Part shown: piece after piece, positions 51,474 to 63,830 of the stretch
Layout of the letters: every line of letters begins with the position of its first letter
How positions within the stretch are numbered: the first letter of the stretch is position 1
Origin: Octopus sinensis
Lineage: Eukaryota
Reading direction: 5' to 3'
DNA length: 64,000 nt
Assembly (NCBI RefSeq): GCF_006345805.1
Contig: NC_043002.1
Location: forward strand, 80,228,001-80,292,000
The notes under the pieces: model-generated
What the model was told of the DNA's origin: nothing
Databases searched by the model: none
What the model saw: only the letters and a program-made list of their open reading frames with translations
Translations under genes and position numbers: made by a program

Positions 51474-52560
51474 ATATATAAGAAAATAGTAAAGAGTGAA
51501 AAAACGACAGAAGGCTTAAATGTTAAAAAATATATATATTTGTGTCAAAATGTCTGGAGAATATTGGAAAAATTTTTTTCCTTTCCTTAAAATGACATAA
51601 TTTTATAATTTTTAAAGAAATACCGGTTTCGCGTGTAGCTTTTCAAATTTCTTGTGACGTATGTTTATATTGCATGGAGTTATCGTTGTGTTTATTTTCA
51701 GGAGATTTCTAAATAAGGGGAGGTAGTGAGTGATTTCTTCCGGTGTAAGGGAGATAACGCTTAAAAATTTTTTTCCTTTCCCTTGTTAATTTCTCTGTGT
51801 CAGTATGTTCGGATGGTTGAGTCTGGGTTTGTACTTTTCAATGAAGAATGTTTCCTTGTTCAGTCTCATTTGTGTTGATGATCCGAAAGCACATTGGTAA
51901 AATGGGAAGATTAAAAATTGTGGCAGTAGTTGCTTTGCGCATTTCTCAATGTGCTCACTAAAAGGTATCATTCTATATTCTGGGAATGCAATCTGTTGTC
52001 GATGCAGTGTGCATCTACGCCTGAGTGATAGTCCCGTGTGAACCCACGTAGTCTTGGTGGCAGCCCGAGCATTTAATGACATAAATTATGTTTTCAGAGG
52101 CACAAGTAAAGTTAGATTGGATCTTGAATTTTTGTCCCTCTTTAAAGAGGAATTCTGATCCTTCTAGCAGGTTAAGGCATGTTGCACAGTTCGATCTACC
52201 ACATTTTTTACTTTTGCATCCGTAATCAGAAGACAATTTTGCTTTGTGAGAATCTTTTTAAGTGATTTAGGCTGTTTGTAGCTTTTAATGATTTGGTGTA
52301 TGTTTAGAATTTCCTTAATTTTGGGTTTTTATGAAGTATTGGTAAATTCTGGGTGATGATGGTGAAGGCTTCTTTGTTTCTGGGGTTGTATGTAGATATG
52401 TAAGGTAGTATTTTCGGGAAGGTGTGTTGTTGTGTTGAACTTTTCTTAAAGTTTCTATGTTGATTTCTGTTGCACGTCTGATGATCATCCTCTATGAGGT
52501 TGAGCTGGGTAATGTCTGTCAATTAGGGTGTTTTTGAGTTCTTGCAGTCTAAAGTTCCTG
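51474..52560 (-). mobile_element. Penelope-like element 3' fragment (linker, GIY-YIG, UTR)
   Basis: LPYISTYNPRN linker, KCGRSNCATC, FTCASENIIYVIKCSGCHQDYVGS, then RLNKETFFIEKYKPRLN. Confidence 0.9.
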
Positions 52561-52687
52561 GTATTTTGTTCTGACACTATTGTGCATATCCTTCTTGCAA
52601 GGTTGAAGGTACAAAGCCACAGACGCCAAACAATACCTTCTTTTTAATTCATGCCACCCAAGACACACTAAAACAAACATCCCCTTC

Positions 52688-53420
52688 AAAAATGTGGTAG
52701 ATCGAACTGTGCAACATGCCCTAACCTGCTAGAAGGATCAGAATTCCTCTTTAAAGAGGGACAAAAATTCAAGATCAAATCTAACTTTACTTGTGCCTCT
52801 GAAAACATAATTTATGTCATTAAATGCTCGGGCTGCCACAAGACTACGTGGGTTCCACGGGACTATCACTCAGGCGTAGATGCACACTGCATCGACAACA
52901 GATTGCATTCCCAGAATATAGAATGATACCTTTTAGTGAGCACATTGAGAAATGCGCAAAGCAACTACTGCCACAATTTTTAATCTTCCCATTTTACCAA
53001 TGTGCTTTCGGATCATCAACACAATGAGACTGAACAAGGAAACATTCTTCATTGAAAAGTACAAACCCAGACTCAACCATCCGAACATACTGACACAGAG
53101 AAATTAAAAAGGGAAAGGAAAAAAATTTTTAAGCGATTATCTCCCTTACACCGGAAGAAATCACTCACTACCTCCCCTTATTTAGAAATCTCCTGAAAAT
53201 AAACACAACGATAACTCCATGCAATATAAACATAACGTCACAAGAAATTTGAAAACTACACGCGAAACCGGTATTTCTTTAAAAATTATAAAATTATGTC
53301 ATTTTAAGGAAAGGAAAAAAATTTTTCCAATATTCTCCAGACATTTTGACACAAATATATATATCTTTTAACATTTAAGCCTTCTGTCGTTTTTTCACTC
53401 TTTACTATTTTCTTATATAT
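52688..53420 (+). mobile_element. Inverted duplicate of the Penelope GIY-YIG and UTR segment
   Basis: Reverse complement of 51474-52208 with only a few differences. Confidence 0.92.
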
Positions 53421-53953
53421 ATACATATATATATACTTTCATTCGTTTGTACGATTCCCCCCTTAGGGTGCGCCATGCTGGAGCACCGCCCGTGACTCAT
53501 ATGTGCGAAATGTTAAATAATCTTCAGTAAATTATCATGTCTATCGTTTTTTTTTATCATTCTCTCTTCTCAAATTGTTTTACTTTTCATTCGTTCCCTC
53601 TCTCTTACTTATTCTACTAAAATCACTTTTCGTTATCCTGAAGCTTTCCCCTTCAACGACGTAACGCATACATTTTTTCTTAACTTTGATGTTTTTGTTA
53701 ATCGAACCTTAGAAATTGGCAAATTTCTCTGCAGAAGGGGAAAGGCATTTTTTCCACAATTACACACACACACACCCACAGATACACACACACACACACA
53801 CACCCACAGATACACACACACACACACACGCACGCACGCACAAGCACAGACACACATATTATTGCGAAAAAATGCTTGTCTCTTTCTGAACAAAGTAGTA
53901 TACATACATATATATATAATACATATATATATACATATATATATATACATATA

Positions 53954-54009
<56 letters not shown>

Positions 54010-54502
54010 ATTAATTTTCAAATAAAATTTCGAGGTGATCAATCTAACATTGTGTACCGAAAAAGAAATATATATATAAGATGTTGTACTTAAGAGAAGT
54101 TATAAGTAGCAGCGATACATATATTTCTTCTACACAACGTTTATTCAATATTATTTTCCTATCGTAACATATACAGGATATTTTGTTTCTTTCGAAAGGA
54201 TGTATTTGGAAAACTAATGAAGCAATTGACCTGAGGAAACAAAACTCAGTACAAAGGATAAAATTACTATTTTTTGCAAATGAAATTGCCCTGATTTTCG
54301 GGAAGTTAATTGTATTATATAAGTTGTTTCAAAAAATAATTCCGATCTGTAAACGTATACTAAATGGAAAATACACGAAATCCCAAATATTGTCAGATTA
54401 TTCGAGCCATGAATTTTACTTTATTTACTCGATCATAATAGTTTAAGATCAACATGTCATGCAACAGTACTCGTCAGAAAACAATTTGTTTGTTGAATTC
54501 TT

Positions 54503-54923
54503 GGATCTTTGCGGTTTGAACGGCAGTTTTTAAAAATAATTTCCACGTAACTAAACACTTTTAAACTTCGTATACTGGTAGAATGTGTTTATAAAACATT
54601 TTTTTCTCTTGGCTTTATTGAGAAAAGTCTATATTTTGTAAGTTATTTGTTATTTTTTTCTTCAATTTCTGCAATGTCAACCAATCAATGACGTCTATTG
54701 AGTGAAAACATTCTGTGTCGTATGAGTATGTCCCTCGTTTAAGAAACAGATTGCGTTTATTTACATTTCTGAAGAAAAAAAAGATACCCTTCATCCACCC
54801 CTAACCCTAACCCTAACCCTAAAACAGATTGAAATGCAATAGATCGATACTAGGGTCATAATTATGGCTGACAATTTCATATGACGCCGCTAGAAAAAAC
54901 TGCCGTTCAAACCGAAAAGATCC
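54503..54923. mobile_element. MITE with 29-bp GGATC TIRs and perfect 8-bp TSD (Merlin-like by end structure)
   Basis: TIR GGATCTTT(G/T)CGGTTTGAACGGCAGTTTTT; TSD GAATTCTT at 54495-54502 and 54924-54931; (CCCTAA)4 at 54799-54822. Confidence 0.9.
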
Positions 54924-55431
54924 GAATTCTTTAAACAAGAACGACGATTCTTCTTTAGTTTCAGATATCCTAGGGTAACTTTGACTGATAAAAATACAAT
55001 CATGTCAAAACAGTGGAGTCGCAAAGTCCTCCTAAGTCACTGAGTAGCATGTATTGTCAATACATTGCATACAATCTGTTAATCCCAAATGTAAAACTGT
55101 AAAAAACGAACTCAGTAAAATGATTTATTTGTTCCGTTTCCACATTCGGAATCCTCCAACTCTTTCATTTTCTAATTTTTCTTTCGTTCCTCCCAAGTGA
55201 CTATTTTCTATATTTCTCTCGCTCCCACCTCTCTCTATCGCGCTCTCTTTCCCACTCACTCACTCACTCTACCATGCTCTCCCTCTCTCTGTCTTCTTTC
55301 TCTGTCTCTGAAGTAATACATGCGCCCGAAACGTTAGACCTCTCTTATTGAAGGTATATGATATTTTCAAACGATTACCATAGTGTGACATTTTCTTCGA
55401 TTTTTGCTTAAACTGAGAAATATATTTAAGC

Positions 55432-55818
55432 ACTAGCAGTATCGCCCGGCGTTGCTCAGGTTTGTAAGGGAAATAACTATAAAGCATTTTTAGAGAGTTA
55501 TAGCCAAAAAATAGCCAAAAAATGGAAAAACATGATGGTAAATTTTTTTTTGAGATTTAAAAAAGGTGGAGTTGCGTCCCCTAGACAGTTTGTGGTTCGT
55601 GTTTCTGATTCTCGACACCATGTCGAATTTATCGATTTTTTTCAGAACTGGGGGAACTTTTCAACATTTTCGCTGCGATAGTTTTGAATTATGACATTGG
55701 GCTATGTGTGTGTCAAGTTTCATCAGAATCGGTTGAAAGCCGTGGTCAGGGTGAGGGTACAAGCAAACAGACACACAGAAACACGCACAGACAAACTGCC
55801 GTTTATATAGAGAGAGAT
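55432..55818 (+). mobile_element. Non-autonomous Helitron/Helentron-like element
   Basis: ACTAGCAGTATCGCCCGGCGTTGCTC start, AAGTTTCATCAGAATCGG, ACAGAC repeats and TTTATATAGAGAGAT end, resembling DINE-1/Lep1-type elements. Confidence 0.6.
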
Positions 55819-56319
55819 AATATTCACCAAATTTTACACCTCTAAATGCACTTTTTAAATAGTAACAAACATAGTAAAAACAACTCTTTGTTTAAAGGTA
55901 ATACTCACGTTTTCAACAGATGACCAGAAAACTGTATTTGTTGAAGATGTGAGACACACTTCAAGTGCAAAGCTAAGATTGAGGCTTGTTTCGATGTTAT
56001 TCAAAAGAATCATGATATCCATTCGCATCCGACAAATCTCAGCTACATTCTTGTTTTAGAATCAGTTGAAAATGTAAAGCAACACATAACGCAATCAGAT
56101 GAAGCGACACATTTCTATTTAACATTTGTATAAACGACTACCTTTAAGTGTATATGTGCATTACCACATAAAGACATACTATGATGCAACGAGAACTTAA
56201 AACCCACGAAAAGTGATGATTATTTTTTCATCGTTAGTAAAATAAGGATGCTTAATACATTTTCATATATGCTTCTTAAAATACCGCTATATACATTTCC
56301 TATCAATATTACGTAAACT

Positions 56320-56735
56320 AAGGCGGCGAGCTGGCAGAAACGTTAGCACGCCGGGCGAAATGCTTAGCGGTATTTCATCTGCCGTTACGTTGTGAATTCA
56401 AATTCCGCCGAGGTCGACATTGCCTTTCATCCTTTCGGGGTCGATAAATTAAGTACCAGCTACGTACTGGGATCGATGTAATCGACTTAATACCTATGCC
56501 TGTCCTTGTTTGTCCCTTCTATGTTTAGCCCCTTGTGGGTAATAAAGAAATAGGTATTTCGTTTGCCGCTACGTTCTGAGTTCAAATTCCGCCGAGGTCG
56601 ATTTTCCCTTTCATCCTTTCAGGGTCGATAAATTAAGTACCACTTACGTACTAGGGTCAATGTAATCGACTTAATCCCTTTGTCTGTCCTTGTTTGTCCC
56701 CTCTATGTTTAGCTCCTTGTGGGCAATGAGAAATA
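56320..56735 (+). mobile_element. SINE-B dimer
   Basis: Full unit 56320-56552, then a second unit starting at GGTATTTCGT directly after tail AAAGAAATA. Confidence 0.92.
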
Positions 56736-56935
56736 AGAATTGTTGGCACGCCGGGTGATATGCTTAGCGGCGTCTCGTCCGTCTCTATGTTCGGAGTTAA
56801 AACTCCGCCCAAGCCGATTTTACCTTTCCCTCTTTCGAGGTTGATGAATCAAATGTCACTGAAACACAGGGGTCGATATAATCGACTAGTCCCTTCCCTC
56901 AAATTTCAGGCTTTGTGTCTTTAGTAGAAAGAATT
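56736..56935 (+). mobile_element. SINE-B (other tail variant) lacking its first ~16 nt
   Basis: Starts AGAATTGTTGGCACGCCGGG immediately after the dimer tail. Confidence 0.8.
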
Positions 56936-57020
56936 ATTAAAATAAAGGTACTTAAAACATTTTTCACGCATGCTTCTTAAAATGATGTTTTATACATTTC
57001 CTGCTAACATTAAGTAAACT

Positions 57021-57240
57021 AAGGCAGCGAGCTGACAGAATCGTTAGTACGCCGGACAAAATGCTTAGCGGCGTTTCATCTGTCTTTATGTTCTGAGTTC
57101 AAACTCCTCCAAGGTCGATTTTACCTTTCCTTCTTTCGCCGTCGATAACATAAGTACCAGTTGATCTCTGAAGTCGATGTAGTCGACTTGCCCTCTGTCC
57201 CGAAGTTGCTGGTATTGGGCCAAAATTTGAAGCCAGTGTT
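57021..57240 (+). mobile_element. SINE-B, uninterrupted, alternative tail
   Basis: AAGGCAGCGAGCTGACAGAATCGTTAG...CCAAAATTTGAAGCCAG. Confidence 0.85.
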
Positions 57241-58619
57241 TCTTTACATTTATTTTTCTACACTACCGCGGGTATAGATGAAAATAGTTACATTAGTTTC
57301 AATTCACTTAAATTTAAAAAGGTTTTCTTGAAATGACTTACACTGGATTTGAAACTCCCTTGCAACGAACAGTATAATAATTGTTTTGCGATGGTCATTG
57401 TATAGTGATTTTATTTCCGTTTCGGCAGTGATTAAGGTACAAAGATCAATATTTTGGATTAGCTGGTTGTGGTTTCAATCTGGAGAACGCTTTCTTCAAA
57501 TAGACGAGATATTTAGCATTCTTCTGTTACAAGATTCGTGCAGACTGTATATTTACAAAATGAATTTGTGCACGACATGACGAAGAAACAGATAAATTAG
57601 TATGCGAGTTTGGGGAATATCTTTAAATCACAAAGTTTGGAACTGATAAGTGCGGTCGTCGAAGGCTTCCAGATTCTGAATTAGAAATTTGATAGCGAAT
57701 TCAATCGGATCTTCCCAGAACCACCACTTAAGTAGTTAGTTGGCAAACGCCTTTCCAACAGAGAATTTCGACAACCCACCCAACCATGCATAGATTTATC
57801 AAGCAAACCCAACACTCAACTGATTCTCGAACTAATATATGTTGGAGATAATGTGACTCGAACGAATTGAAAAAAAAACATTTATTTTTTTTAAACGATC
57901 GTATTAAATAAGATACTCATAAGATGTAATTCGGCCAGTGTTATTTTTAATACTAATGGCTCACAATTTATAATTATACTTTTAACACATTCTTTTAATA
58001 TTGAATCGATATTATCTAGGCAAACTACTTCTTTCTAACGCACTATGTTAATCTACAGCGTTAGATTGCCTAAATTCAAGCATCGGAAGAAAACTGCCTC
58101 GCAAAATTTATCAGTTAAAATCACATCGAAATTAAGATTGTATTCAAAATATCTTGTTTTATAAGATATAATAGCAGCTTGGTTATGGACAGTATACAAT
58201 CGGCTGGCCTTCTATACTCAAAATTATTGTTTTGCGGTCAAATTAAGGCCAACATGTTACTTTCGTTTCAAATTTTTTTTTATATTAACTATTTTACTAA
58301 TAGATATTTTAGGCAGCCCTCTGTCTAATGATCCTTTCTACAATGAGCACGGGGCCTTAAATTCTAGAGAGGGGGGTAATCGATTATATCGAACCCAGTG
58401 CTTGACTGACTGAAACTTAATTTATCGACTCGAAAGAATATAAAAGAAAGTCGACCAAAGATTGATGTTGATGATGTATTTGATTGTTGTGACAAAATTT
58501 GGAAATCGAGTACACAAATCCTAAAGTGATCGGAAGATGCAGTGTAGACTGTTACTCAGCAGTGAAAAAGGAGTGACTGGGTTGGTTGATAAATGCGTCT
58601 GTGCTTGTGTGTGTATGCA

Positions 58620-59418
58620 TAATTCTAAAGTACGCGAAGTAAAGCCGCTTGGCACGGATTGACCTTGACCTCTGCTGTGCATGCGCACTAACTTTTGACA
58701 TTTTAGCTCACTTCAGCTGTTTACAGCAGAGCTCGGGTGGAATGTGTGTAGTGTGTGATCGTCACATTAACCATGACAGAGAAAGTTGAGCAGAGAATCT
58801 GCATTAAATTTTGCCAAAAGTTTACAAAAAGTTTTCATTGTTTTTCACACAATCAAGGAGAGTGTCTTTTTGGTCAGCTGAAAGCAGTTTGGGCATAAAT
58901 TTGGCAGACACCCGTCTCATACTTAAATCTTCAGTGATAATGGACTGAATTGAACCGTAACTAATCTACATATCCTCTGATAATTTACAGACGGTGATTC
59001 GACCATTTTCCCTCCGCTGCAAGCACATCTGTGATGTTTTTCTCAGTTCTGCTGGTTGCGTGTCTCCTAGAACGTTCGTCAATATCGACATTTTTCAACC
59101 ATTTTGGAAACGTCTGAATCACTGGTACACTTGTGTGCGGCTCATGCACTCCCTTCCACGCACTTTCTGTAACTTTGTGTAGGCTTCTGAGCAGGTATCA
59201 CCATGACAACTTTCTCTGTCGTGGTTAAAGCAACGATCACGCGCTACACACCTTCCTTTCAAACACTGCTGTAAACAGCAGAAGTGAGCTAGAACGTTAA
59301 AACTTACTGCGCATGCATAGCAGAGTTTAAGGTCAATCTTTGCCAAGCGGTTTCATTCTGCATGTCTTAGCTTTGTTACTATGGCAACACTCCGGATACT
59401 TATTGATCAGACGTCGTA
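58620..59418. mobile_element. mariner remnant with inverted duplication of the 5' region
   Basis: Minus: TIR TACGACGTCTGATCAATAAGTATCCGGAG and N-terminus (MSRTQVYQ*FRRF, MRRVSAKFMPKLL). Plus: MTEKVEQRICIKFCQK at ~58773. Confidence 0.8.
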
Positions 59419-59429
59419 TTCTCGCAGGA

Positions 59430-59580
59430 TTGCTCATTCAGCCGGCTGGGTGGATTAGAGCAAAGAGAAATGACGTGTCTTGCTCAAGAACATAACGCAT
59501 TGCCTGGACCAGGAATCGAAACTACAATCTTACGATTATGGGTACAACATTTTAACCACTAAGCTTCTGGGGGCGGAAGG
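59430..59580 (-). mobile_element. CORE-like SINE head fragment
   Basis: AGCTTAGTGGTTAAAATG...GTTTCGATTCCTGG...TTCTTGAGCAAGACAC on minus. Confidence 0.7.
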
Positions 59581-61031
59581 CATGTGTCTGTGTCTGTCTG
59601 TCTGTCTGTCTGTATGTGTGCGTGCATGTGTGGGTGTGTGCGTGCGTACGTGCGTGCGTGCGCGTATGCATACGTGTTCGTGTGCGTGCGTCAGTGTGCC
59701 TGTGTACGCGCATGTATGTGCGTGGATGAGTAAAGAGCGAGAGGAGAAGAGGAGGAAGTGTGGAGATAAAAAGAGGTAGCGACAATAGTAGTGATAATAT
59801 ATGGAGAGAGAAAAAAAAAAGATTTCTTAGAACCAAACTAAATGTCAATACGTATTGATTAATTTAATTAACTGGCTAATTTCCTCCACTAATTCTTTCA
59901 ATATTGATTTATTACTCAAGAAAACTTTTACAGTTTTGTAAAAACAAAAAAATTAAAAGTAACTGAAACGCTGTAAATTCACTTCTTTTAGAAGACCCTT
60001 AAATGCACAGCAGGTGATAATTAACCCTAACCAAGTATTAAATCTGGCTCATGAACTCCGCTTGCTACAACATTGTAATAAGCAACATAAAATTCACAGT
60101 AAGAATAAGGACTTGTACATTTAAATAAGAAATAATCTGTGAAGTTCGTTTTGCTGAGCCTGATGTTTTGTGAAAAAAGCAATTAGAATCGTTGCAATTA
60201 ATCTACCGTTCTCTCCCCTTTTCTTTCCTCTCACTCACTCTCTCCCTCTCTCTTTCTTTCTTGGCATATTAAAGTGAGAGATAGGGATACATATATATTT
60301 AGAGAGAGAGAGAGAGAGATAGACAGATGCACATACACTTACTCGCAAACATACACATCTATTTATCTTTTTCATTTGCTAACATTAACTGTCGGCGCTA
60401 TTTGTTACTTGAGCTGTATTCTGTTGTACTTTTATATAGAGATGCCAGTTCAGATCGAAGGATTTCCTTCCTGTGCTCTGAATCGAAAACTTTCTTGCAT
60501 TATAGCGGTTTTCTGTATCCTGGGCAAGACATTAAACTGCAACCGGTGCTGAGGCTTCAACCTAAGATTTCAAGTTTTTTTTAATGAGAAATGACGGTGA
60601 TATGGAGTGAACTCTTTGTCACCACTACCCCCATGTCCGCTCTGAACCGGAATGGTGGTAATTAGAGTCAAGGCTGCCCATTTATGAGGCAAATAGTAGA
60701 TGATCCAGTGAACCACATATAGGACTCAGAGGAGGGCTGACTCTTAGATATGCGTCACACAGTTCCACTGGTGCGTGGAAATCTGAAGCCTATATTCAAC
60801 AACATATAGTAATTAGAGATTTAACTTGATTAGCAGCACAATATATCCACTTTAAAATAGCAATGAGAACAAAATTAAAACATCCAGGTGAGAACTTACA
60901 TAATGAAACGATAAAAAATACAAAGCAAGCCATACACTTTCAATTTGAGGTTTTAGCAAATGACACTGACTTAGGAAGGTATGTGGTTACACTTAGATAT
61001 TTTGTATTCCATAAATTTACCGATTCATATT

Positions 61032-61459
61032 TAGGCGCAGGAGTGGATGTGTGGTAAGTAGCTTGCTTACCAACCACATGGTTCCGGGTTCAGTCCCACT
61101 GCGTGGTTTCTTGGGTGAGTGTCTTCTACTATACCCTTGAGCCGACCAAAGCTTTGTGAGTGGATTTGGTAGACGGAAACTGAAAAAAGCCCGTCGTATA
61201 TATGTGTGTATATATGGATGTGTGTGTGTGTGTGTGTCTGTGTGTGTGTGTCTGTGTTTGTCCCCCCCCCATCATCGCTTGACAACCGATGCTGGTCTGT
61301 TTGAGTCCACATAACTTAGCGGTTCGGCACAAGAGATCGATAGAATAAGTACTAGTCTTACAAAGAATAAGTCCTGGGGTCTATTTGCTCGACTAAAATC
61401 GGTGCTGCAGCATGGCCGCAGTCAAATGACTGAAACAAGTAAAAGAGTAAAAAAGAGTA
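61032..61459 (+). mobile_element. SINE-A, full length
   Basis: TAGGCGCAGGAGTGG...GGGTTCAGTCCC...AAAAGAGTAA. Confidence 0.92.
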
Positions 61460-61489
61460 ATACATATCGAAATAATATTATAGATACGT

Positions 61490-61940
61490 CAAATTCCGCT
61501 GTGGTTGACTTTACCTCTCCTCTTTCTTCAGGGTCGATAAAATAAGTACCTGTTGAGGAATAGGGTCGATGTAAATGACTAACCCACTCCCTGGGATTTA
61601 CTGGCCTTATGTTAAAATTTGAAACCGATACTATTGATAAATATTAAAGAGGTGAGCTAGCAGCATTGTTAGCACGCTGGGGTGAAAAAAATCCTCCAAA
61701 AAACACAGCAGCATTTCGTCGGTTTTTACAACGCGGTGAGCTGGCAGAATCGTTAGCACGCCGGGTAATTTACTTAGCGTTATTTCGTCCGTCTTTACGT
61801 GCTGTGTTCAAATTCTGCCGAGATGAACTTCACCTTACGTACCTTCGGCGTCGATAAAATAAATGCCAGCCGAGTAATAAGATCGATGTAATCGACTTAT
61901 TCCGAACTTGCTGGCCTAGTGAGAAAATTTTAAACAATTT
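61490..61940 (+). mobile_element. SINE-B fragments and copy
   Basis: Cores at 61490-61630, 61650-61720 and 61735-61940. Confidence 0.75.
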
Positions 61941-62455
61941 TGTAGATACAAATATTGTTATAAATTTAGGAGGGAAAAAGACAATAATAATTTTATATAA
62001 ATAAGGCCGAATTACAATTATGATAACCGTAAAAGAAATGGTTATCGAATCTCCTCGAGATGTTGCGATGATTACCTGCTTAATGCTGCTATAAGTACAC
62101 TTGTAAAGTACTATCCCTACAGTTCTAACATTTGTTCCTGTTGGAACTATTTGTAAGTTTGAGACTGATTTTAATTTGACTTTCATCTTGGATGATTCAC
62201 ACTTCACATACAACGACAACTACTACTGCTACTACTACTACTGCTACCTGAAGACATTGTCCTAATAGTTTCGATGTTATGTTCTCGTGTCGCACGTATA
62301 ATGGTTATTGTGTTAGTCATTTCACAGGTATGAGACCGAGAATGTAAATAGTGTTTAATATTTAGTTGTATTCAAAAGCAATACATATCTACATGCACAT
62401 TGACATATGTGTATAATTAAATACGCACATGTATATGTATGAATATTCCCAAACA

Positions 62456-62493
<38 letters not shown>

Positions 62494-62659
62494 CGTGTGA
62501 GTGTGCGTGCATGTATATATGTATCTATGTACATAACTATAAATATGTATATCTATATAAGTTTGTATGTAGGAATGGATGGATGGATGGAAGTTAATGT
62601 GTAAAGCACTTGATAACCATATATCATGCAGAGAATAGCTTTGACATTTGAATATACGC

Positions 62660-62900
62660 TGACTTTTGATGATGATGATGATGATGATGACGATGACGAC
62701 GAATGTGGTAGTGGTAGTGGTAGTGGCGGTGAATGTGGAAATGGTGGATCTGTGGTAGTGGTGGTGATGTTGGCGGTGGTGTAGAGGATGAGGATATTAT
62801 TGAAAGTAGCAGTAGCAGCACCAGCAGCAGCACCAGCAGCAGCACCAGCAGCAGCACCAGCAGCAGCACCAGCAGTAGTAGTAGTAGTAGTAGCAGTAAT
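62660..62900. repeat. (GAT)n, (GTG)n and (GCAGCACCAGCA)n low-complexity arrays
   Basis: Directly visible. Confidence 0.9.
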
Positions 62901-62994
62901 AGTGTCTCTGTATGACATATTGACTGGCATATGAAACTGCAGAAAACGTGTGACTAAGAAAATTCAAAGGTAATAATATATATATATACATACA

Positions 62995-63040
<46 letters not shown>

Positions 63041-63589
63041 ATATATATACACACGCACATAAATAAATAAATAAATAGCAAGCGTGTACAATATATATCG
63101 TATTATAACAAAATATACGCGTAAGTTTATATATGATTTTTAACTTGATAACAGGACTATGGAGTTCTTCGTTTTCTGACTTGATCTTTTATATAGTATT
63201 TCCGTTCATCGTTTTGATATCTAAATTGTTATTGGAATCTTGTAACAACAAGTAGTTTCCATGCTCTGTTTCTAAACTATTCATTTCCACTCCAGAAATT
63301 TTAGAAATAGTGAAGTGCTGTCACACTAACTGTGAATGGATGTTTTCGTTTTCGACCTCCCTTAACCCTTTAACAATCAGATTAGTGTGTCAAATGCAAT
63401 AAACCTCATTCAACTACTTTAATTACTTTTACAGGCGCCATCTAATAGTTTTGAAATTTCCTCAATGTAGTTGTTTATTCAGTTTTAGAATGGCAGTGTA
63501 GATTTGATGTGCGAGCCTGCATCTGGACAGTTTGTACATGAAACAGACACGGGATTGAACCAAGAAAAGTACCCTCCGCAGCACAATTG

Positions 63590-63830
63590 CGAGCAATGTT
63601 GTTTATCGAAGACCAGCAGTCACCCATGCATATTAGCCTCCCCTCACCGCGCCATTGATGTAATCCAAGGGAAAGTCAAATGCCGATACAGCTTGACATC
63701 AGTGACATCGCAACTCACTTTCACGGCTGAGTGAACTGGAGCAACGTGAAATAAAGTGTCTTGCTCAAGAATACAACACACAGCCCGGTCCGGTAATCGA
63801 ATTCACTACATCATGTATGTGAGCCCGTCC
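63590..63830 (-). mobile_element. SINE-D
   Basis: Homologous to 37245-37490. Confidence 0.8.

Noticed and set aside
62810-62890. AGAA-repeat peptide
   Set aside because: 12-bp unit derived from neighbouring trinucleotide arrays.
63189-63317. 43-codon open stretch on minus (HFTISKISGVEMNSLETEHG...)
   Set aside because: Poor acceptor and no recognisable domain.
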